A stretch of DNA of 64,000 nt from Gemmatimonadales bacterium. Its GTDB lineage: Bacteria > Gemmatimonadota > Gemmatimonadetes > Gemmatimonadales > GWC2-71-9. The position numbers were made by a program, and so were the translations under genes. Where the stretch lies: contig JBFXAS010000001.1 of NCBI GenBank assembly GCA_050184075.1, forward strand, positions 32,013 to 96,012, written 5' to 3'. Under the pieces are notes generated by a model. The model worked only from the letters and a program-made list of their open reading frames with translations. It searched no databases and was not told where the DNA came from. This document shows positions 59,112-64,000 of the stretch, piece after piece (the stretch's first letter is position 1; each line of letters starts with the position of its first letter).

Positions 59112-61910
59112 GTGTTCAGGATCAACCTGTTCGGCGGACTGTCGGTGGCCAGGGACGGGAGCCCGGTCGAGGGCCTCCCCTCCCGCAGGGCCGCCCTCCT
59201 GGCGGCCCTGGCGATCGCCGGCCGGCGGGGCTTGAGCAGGGATCGCCTCCTCTTGTTCCTCTGGCCGGACGCGACGGAAGAGCGGGCCCGGCATTCGCTG
59301 GCCCAGTCGGTGTACAGCCTCCACAAGCTCCTCGGCCAGGAAATCGTCGAATCCGGCGCTCAAGAGCTCCGGCTGGCCGAGTCGTTGGCGGAGTCCGATC
59401 TCGCGGAGTTCTTCGAGGCTCACGCCCGGGGCGACTGGGGAACGGCGGCGGCCCTCTATCGAGGCCCGCTGCTGGACGGCTTTCTCCTTGCCGATGCCTC
59501 GGAGTTCGACACCTGGGTCAGCGCAGAGCGGGCCAGGGTCGAGGGGCTGGCCCGCGACGCCATCGAGGCGGATGCGCGCCAGGCCGACGAGTCGGGAGAC
59601 CCCCTGGCCGCTTCGCGGTGGCGACGGCTGGTCGAGCTCGACCCCCTGACCTCTCGCTACGCCATCGGCTATGCCAGGGCCCTGACCCGCTCCGCCGATC
59701 CAGGAAGCGCCGTCCGCCACCTCCGCGAGCACATCCGGTTGCTCAAGAACGAGCTCAACCTCCCTGCCCCCGCCGAGGTGTCCGCGCTGATCAGCGAGTT
59801 GACCCGGCGCGCGCAACCGGAACCGCCGCGCCGGGTAGCGGCGGAGGACCCGGGCGGGCCGGCCGAGGCCGTGGACCCGATGGCGACGCCCGCGGCGATC
59901 GCCGGCGAGGCGGAGTCCATCGCCCCCGAGCCAACCGAGCCCCGCGCGCCGCCGATCCCCACCCCCGCGCTCCCTGCCAGGACCCGGCGTTGGCTGATTC
60001 CCGCGACCCTGGTGGTCGCGGGCGCTCTCGCCGTCGGCTGGACCTGGTGGATCCGACAGCCCGCCCGGGCGGTCACCGGAGGCGCACGAGTGGTCCTCAC
60101 CGACGTCGAGAACTTGACCAGCGACTCGACCCTCGGCCGGGCAATGACCGCCGCGTTCCAGGCCGGCCTGGCGCAGGCCGGGAACTTTTCCCTCTATCCG
60201 CGGGCCCGACTCAGGGCGACACTGGCCCGAATGGGGCGTGCCATCACCGACACCACCCTCAGCGAGTCACTGGCGCGAGAGGTCGCGGCCCGCGAAGCGG
60301 GTCAGGCGGTGGTCTCGGTAGCGGTCGTGGAGGTCGGAGATCGTTTCGACCTGAGCGGACGGATCGTCGATCCCGCGAGCGGTCAGACCCTCGCGGCCCG
60401 CCGAATCGCCGTGAGCGGCCGGGCCGGTCTGCTCGACGCGGCCGGCACGCTCACCGCCTGGATCCGCCAGAAGCTGGGCGACCTCCGCTGGGACACCGGG
60501 CCGCCGCTGCCGCTGGTGACGACCAGCTCGCTGCCGGCGCTCGAGGCCGTCGGCGGCGCGTTCATTGCCTATCAGGACTTCGAGTTCGCCAAGGCTCGCG
60601 CGCTGCTCGAGCATGCCTTCGCGCTCGACACCGGGTTCGCCTGGGCCCAGGCGATGCTCGGCAACCACCACCTGCTCGTCAACAACGTGCCCGAGGCCTT
60701 GCGCTGGCTGCGCGAGGCCGATCGGCGCGCCGCGCGACTCACCGAGCCGGAGCAGCTTCAGGTCAGGACGCTGCTCGCCCGGGCCGAGGGGCGCTACGAC
60801 GCCATGGCCGACTACGCCGCCACCTTGGCCGACCGCTTTCCCTCCTCGCCCAACTGGGCGCTCTACGGAGGGGCCCTGCGGTTCGCCAACCGGGACCCGG
60901 AGGCGGTGACCGCGTTTCGGCGCGCCCTGGCGATCGACTCGAACGACCTCGATGCCTATCACGGTTTGGCGTTGGCCCAAAGGGCCGTGGGCAACTACCG
61001 GGAAGCGCTCGACGCTTTCGCGGCGATCGATCGGCGCGACTCGACCTTTCTGCTGGCGATCTTCTACAACCAGCAATGGGGCGAGACCTACGTACTCACC
61101 GGCGACTTGGCGGGTGCCGATTCGGTATTCAGGCGAATGCTGACCCGCCCTCGAAACGGAGACCGGGCCCGCGGACATCGCGCGCTGGCCTACCTCGCGC
61201 TCTACCAGGGGCGGTTTCGAGAAGCGACCCACCAGCTCCGAGCCGCGATTCAGCTCCAGGACCCCGGCAGCCTCTCCGAATACCGCGACCAGCTGCTGCT
61301 GGCGGACGTATCCCGTACCCTCGGCGACCGCCGGGTCGCGGACGCGGCGCTCGACCGGGCCCTCGCGATCTTCCACACCGCCAATATCCAGGCGGCGGCC
61401 GTGATGTTCGGCGGGCACCAGCTCGTCCGGGCCGGTCGTCTCGAGCAGGCCTCGCTCTTCCTCGACTCCCTGGCGACCCGAGCCCGGCTCCGGCCGGAGT
61501 CGGAGCAGGACCAGGCGGCCCTGGCGATCCTGCGCGGGGATCTCGCGCTCGCCCGCCGACGACCGGCGGACGCCCGCCAGGCGCTCGATCGACGCGACTT
61601 CGAGGCCTACGACGCACTCGGGTTCCAGCTCCGCGCCGAGACGTTCGAGGCCCTTGGTCCGCCCGACTCGGCCCTGGCGATGGCCCGGCTGGCCACCGAG
61701 CGTTTCCGCTTCGGCCTCGAGGTCCAGACCGACTGGCTGCGAAGCTTCGAGACCCTGGGCCGCGTGGCGGAGGCGGCCGGAGACCAGGCGACGGCCCGCG
61801 AGGCCTGGTCGAAGCTGATCGAGCTCTGGAAGAACGCCGACCCCGACCTCCCACCCCTGCTCCGGGCGCGGCAAGAGTTGGCCCGCCTTCAGGCCGAAGC
61901 CAACCGTTGA
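59112..61910 (+). CDS. Membrane-anchored SARP-type regulator: OmpR-like wHTH + BTAD, one TM helix, extracytoplasmic domain + TPR repeats
   Basis: GTG start gives MFRINLFGGLSVARDGSPVEGLPSRRAALLAALAIAGRRGLSRDRLLLFLWPD (wHTH). ...AALYRGPLLDGFLLADASEFDTWVSAERARV... (BTAD). TM helix WLIPATLVVAGALAVGWTWWI (about 59991-60053). The C-terminal about 470 aa are TPR-like (AYHGLALAQRAVGNYREALDAFAAI...). Confidence 0.8.
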   Translation: MFRINLFGGLSVARDGSPVEGLPSRRAALLAALAIAGRRGLSRDRLLLFLWPDATEERARHSLAQSVYSLHKLLGQEIVESGAQELRLAESLAESDLAEFFEAHARGDWGTAAALYRGPLLDGFLLADASEFDTWVSAERARVEGLARDAIEADARQADESGDPLAASRWRRLVELDPLTSRYAIGYARALTRSADPGSAVRHLREHIRLLKNELNLPAPAEVSALISELTRRAQPEPPRRVAAEDPGGPAEAVDPMATPAAIAGEAESIAPEPTEPRAPPIPTPALPARTRRWLIPATLVVAGALAVGWTWWIRQPARAVTGGARVVLTDVENLTSDSTLGRAMTAAFQAGLAQAGNFSLYPRARLRATLARMGRAITDTTLSESLAREVAAREAGQAVVSVAVVEVGDRFDLSGRIVDPASGQTLAARRIAVSGRAGLLDAAGTLTAWIRQKLGDLRWDTGPPLPLVTTSSLPALEAVGGAFIAYQDFEFAKARALLEHAFALDTGFAWAQAMLGNHHLLVNNVPEALRWLREADRRAARLTEPEQLQVRTLLARAEGRYDAMADYAATLADRFPSSPNWALYGGALRFANRDPEAVTAFRRALAIDSNDLDAYHGLALAQRAVGNYREALDAFAAIDRRDSTFLLAIFYNQQWGETYVLTGDLAGADSVFRRMLTRPRNGDRARGHRALAYLALYQGRFREATHQLRAAIQLQDPGSLSEYRDQLLLADVSRTLGDRRVADAALDRALAIFHTANIQAAAVMFGGHQLVRAGRLEQASLFLDSLATRARLRPESEQDQAALAILRGDLALARRRPADARQALDRRDFEAYDALGFQLRAETFEALGPPDSALAMARLATERFRFGLEVQTDWLRSFETLGRVAEAAGDQATAREAWSKLIELWKNADPDLPPLLRARQELARLQAEANR

Positions 61911-61932
61911 CCCGGTCTTCGCTTGCACCCGG

Positions 61933-61976
61933 TGATCAGGGCGTGATCCCGCGCTGACCGAGATCTGATCGGACCG
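61933..61976 (+). promoter_or_regulatory. Four TGAYC direct repeats at 11-bp phase upstream of the triple-repeat protein gene
   Basis: Plus strand: TGATCA GGGCG TGATCC CGCGC TGACCG AGATC TGATCG GACC. T positions are 61933, 61944, 61955, 61966. Lies in the 103-bp gap between the regulator stop and ATG 62014. Confidence 0.5.
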
Positions 61977-62013
61977 CCGCAGCTTGGCCCCGTCCATCGA
62001 ATGGTCAGGGTCC

Positions 62014-63774
62014 ATGACAGTCCGGCAGATACTCGCTCCCCTCGCGGTCGCCGTCAGCCTGAGCTCCGGCGGGCTGGCGGCTCAAGCCTCGCGCACCTTC
62101 AAGTTCTCGTTCACCGTGAAGCACACCGCGCCGTCCTCGCAGCAGCCCCACCCCTTGGTGTCGTTGAGTGTGGATCCCGGAAGGAAGTTGGTCGGTGGAG
62201 GCGGCTTCGCGGACTGGCGCGGAGCCGGCAGCTTGCTCGATCGCCTGCGCCCCGTCGGGCTCGCCTGGGAAGCCGGCTCGAAGGATCATGCCTTTCAGGA
62301 CCCGACGGCGCTCACCGGCTATCTGGTGCAGCTCGACGATCCGGCCAGCCTCTACGCGGTCACCGTGGTCGAAGCGGTGAGCCCCCCGAGCAGCCGTCCG
62401 ACGGTGCAGGCGGTGCTGCCCCCGGGCTTCGTCCTGACTGGCGGCGGGTGTTGGGCGGACTGGCGGTCGACCGGGGGGGCGGGCCTCCTGCTGACCGGCT
62501 CCTACCCGGACGAGGTCACCCAGCGGGCCTGGATCTGCGAGGCGAAGGACCATCTCGTCCCGAGCCCCGGGGCGCTCCGCGCCTATGTGATCGGGATGCG
62601 CGCGCTGACCGGCGCCCAGCCGGTCGTGGCCATCACCAAGGCAACCAGCGCGATCGGGGCGGCGCCGGTCGCGCGGGCGAATGTGGCCCCGTACTTCGAG
62701 GTGACCGGCGGCGGCGCCCGGGCCGAGGTGTGGCGCGGGGCCACGCTCGCGAGGTCGGGAGCCACGAACACCATGGCCGCTCCGAGCCGGACGGCCGCAC
62801 GGCTGCAAGCGGCGGCGGACAGCGGAGTCCTGCTCACCGCGTCCTTTCCCATCATGGGAACCGGAACGGCGAGAGTCGCCGTCGGTTGGGAGGCCCGCGC
62901 CAAGGATCACGGCGTCTCGAGCCCCGGAACGGTCACCGCCTACGTGATCGGGGTGAAGCTGCCGCCGCCTCCGTCGTCGTCCTCAACGCCTCCAACCGGC
63001 TCGGGCCCCGCGACCTGCGCCTGCGCGAGCACCGGGCCCTTCAGTGCGGCCGCGCCGGGATCGATCAGTGGCGGTCTCCAGGGGAGCTTCATCCACCCGA
63101 CCGACGGCGGCTTCACGGTCGCCGTTCAGTCGCTGAGCGGCGCGCCTCACCTGTCGATGACCAACGCGCAAGGTCAGTCCGTGCTCGACCTGACCGGTGT
63201 CGTGGCCTGGGGGCCGAGCCCCGATGGCCGATTCTTCGCCGTGGTGGCGTCGCCCGCCGGAACCAATGCCGGGAGTCCGATCACCGTCTATCGGGTCGCG
63301 CGGAGCACGACGCCGCTCCGCAGCGTCGTGTCCTCCCAGATCTGGCCCGACGGACGATGGGGCTGGAGCCCCGATGGCAGCGTGCTGCTGATCGAGCGCT
63401 TCGAGAATGCTCCGGTTCGCTATTCCCTGGAGTCCTACAACCTGCTCGCCGCCAATCCCACGCTGGCCGTGCTCCGAACCCAGGAGCTGTCCGCCTTCGG
63501 CCCGAGCGTCACCATGAGTCCCTGCGGTGATCGCTTGATGTACAGCCGCTGGCTCCAGCTCAACCCGCGTCAGGGCCAGCTCGATTTCTTCGCGCGGAAG
63601 GACTTCCCCTCGTCGCTCTCCGTCATCGCCGACTGGGACGGAGCCGCGGGTGCGATGAGCGCCAGCGTCGTCGCCGGCACCGGCACCAACGTCTATCTCG
63701 TCAGGCTCGCCGGAGCGAGGCTCCGGTCCAACGGGCAGACCACTTTCCCCAGTCGGCAGTGCGAAGCGCCGTGA
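62014..63774 (+). CDS. Secreted protein: three tandem copies of an unrecognised about 90-120-aa domain, P/S linker, C-terminal PD40/TolB-like beta-propeller repeats
   Basis: Signal peptide MTVRQILAPLAVAVSLSSGGLAAQA. Repeat motifs are ...GGG..(A)(D/E)(V)W...LL..S.P...W.A..KDH...P..L..Y(V/L)(I/V). PPPPSSSSTPPTGSGP linker. SPDGRFFAVVAS, WSPDGSVLLIERF and MSPCGDRLMYSRW in the C-terminal part. Confidence 0.7.
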   Translation: MTVRQILAPLAVAVSLSSGGLAAQASRTFKFSFTVKHTAPSSQQPHPLVSLSVDPGRKLVGGGGFADWRGAGSLLDRLRPVGLAWEAGSKDHAFQDPTALTGYLVQLDDPASLYAVTVVEAVSPPSSRPTVQAVLPPGFVLTGGGCWADWRSTGGAGLLLTGSYPDEVTQRAWICEAKDHLVPSPGALRAYVIGMRALTGAQPVVAITKATSAIGAAPVARANVAPYFEVTGGGARAEVWRGATLARSGATNTMAAPSRTAARLQAAADSGVLLTASFPIMGTGTARVAVGWEARAKDHGVSSPGTVTAYVIGVKLPPPPSSSSTPPTGSGPATCACASTGPFSAAAPGSISGGLQGSFIHPTDGGFTVAVQSLSGAPHLSMTNAQGQSVLDLTGVVAWGPSPDGRFFAVVASPAGTNAGSPITVYRVARSTTPLRSVVSSQIWPDGRWGWSPDGSVLLIERFENAPVRYSLESYNLLAANPTLAVLRTQELSAFGPSVTMSPCGDRLMYSRWLQLNPRQGQLDFFARKDFPSSLSVIADWDGAAGAMSASVVAGTGTNVYLVRLAGARLRSNGQTTFPSRQCEAP

Positions 63775-63783
63775 GGTGACCCG

Positions 63784-64000
63784 ATGCCACTGATCTCATT
63801 GCTCCTCCTCGGCTCGGTCGCCGCCCTGCAGGCGCCCGCCCGCGAAACGGCCGCCGGGGTCAGCTTCGCTCGGCCGCCGGAGTGGACTCGAGCCGAGCTC
63901 GCCAACGGCGCCGTGGTGCTCGCTCCGCCGGGCACCGATGCCGACAAGGGCACCGTGATGCTCGTGCCCAGCGATGCGACCGCACTCGGCGCGGCGCCGG
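63784..64000 (+). CDS. Hypothetical secreted protein, 3'-truncated by window edge
   Basis: ATG 63784 lies 9 nt after the previous stop with a GAGGTGA SD. MPLISLLLLGSVAALQAPA signal-like N-terminus. Frame is open to the window end with high GC3. Absent from the track because no stop is present. Confidence 0.45.
   Translation, partial: MPLISLLLLGSVAALQAPARETAAGVSFARPPEWTRAELANGAVVLAPPGTDADKGTVMLVPSDATALGAAP

Noticed and set aside
60267-62015. 582-aa minus-strand ORF and the other alternative-frame ORFs over the regulator (59618..61957, 61129..61854)
   Set aside because: They are antisense or off-frame to the BTAD/TPR regulator. Their composition is R/P/G-rich.

Overview
GC-rich (about 70% by eye, not computed), densely packed chromosomal segment with about 50 protein-coding genes. 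Many adjacent genes share 4-nt start/stop overlaps (ATGA, GTGA, TTGA). I recognised no rRNA, tRNA, CRISPR array, transposase, integrase or phage gene. The gene content is ADOP duplicated permeases (one with PadR), CarboxypepD_reg proteins, choice-of-anchor-B, FG-GAP and BNR beta-propeller exoproteins, and Tat-exported enzymes. This suggests a Gemmatimonadota- or Acidobacteriota-like soil bacterium (inference only). Many of the longest ORFs in the track are shadow or antisense ORFs typical of high-GC DNA. I re-derived real starts from domain boundaries, SD sequences and overlaps. Housekeeping and accessory content: 5'-truncated serpin; ECF sigma/anti-sigma/DUF2892 operon; OPT transporter; MacA/MacB-like pair without an ATPase; GGT; esterase-P450-hydrolase operon; S9 and M61 peptidases; xthA; ypdA-like reductase; D-aminoacylase; sulfatase; two ADOP permeases; SpdH-like oxidoreductase; modABC; crcB-DUF190; an operon of three beta-propeller proteins; a sortilin-like BNR protein. 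The most interesting region is 56.2-64.0 kb. A membrane-anchored SARP/BTAD-type regulator is flanked by a divergent non-curli CsgG-like pore operon and by a downstream operon of unknown secreted proteins, one with a triplicated unrecognised domain. Both flanking intergenic regions carry the same TGATC motif repeated at exactly 11-bp phase, oriented toward the respective target operon. Second candidate, at 39.1-40.5 kb: a low-GC mini-locus with a near-consensus, apparently leaderless promoter and nested palindromic operator, a wHTH-nucleotidyltransferase (MntA-like) gene, and a chimeric partner ORF whose HEPN-like N-terminal half is fused to the C-terminal half of a Uma2 (PD-(D/E)xK) nuclease. 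Smaller observations: a 50-bp tandem triplication of the ypdA 3' end, a probable non-canonical start for modA, and a structured crcB leader that I could not confirm as a fluoride riboswitch.
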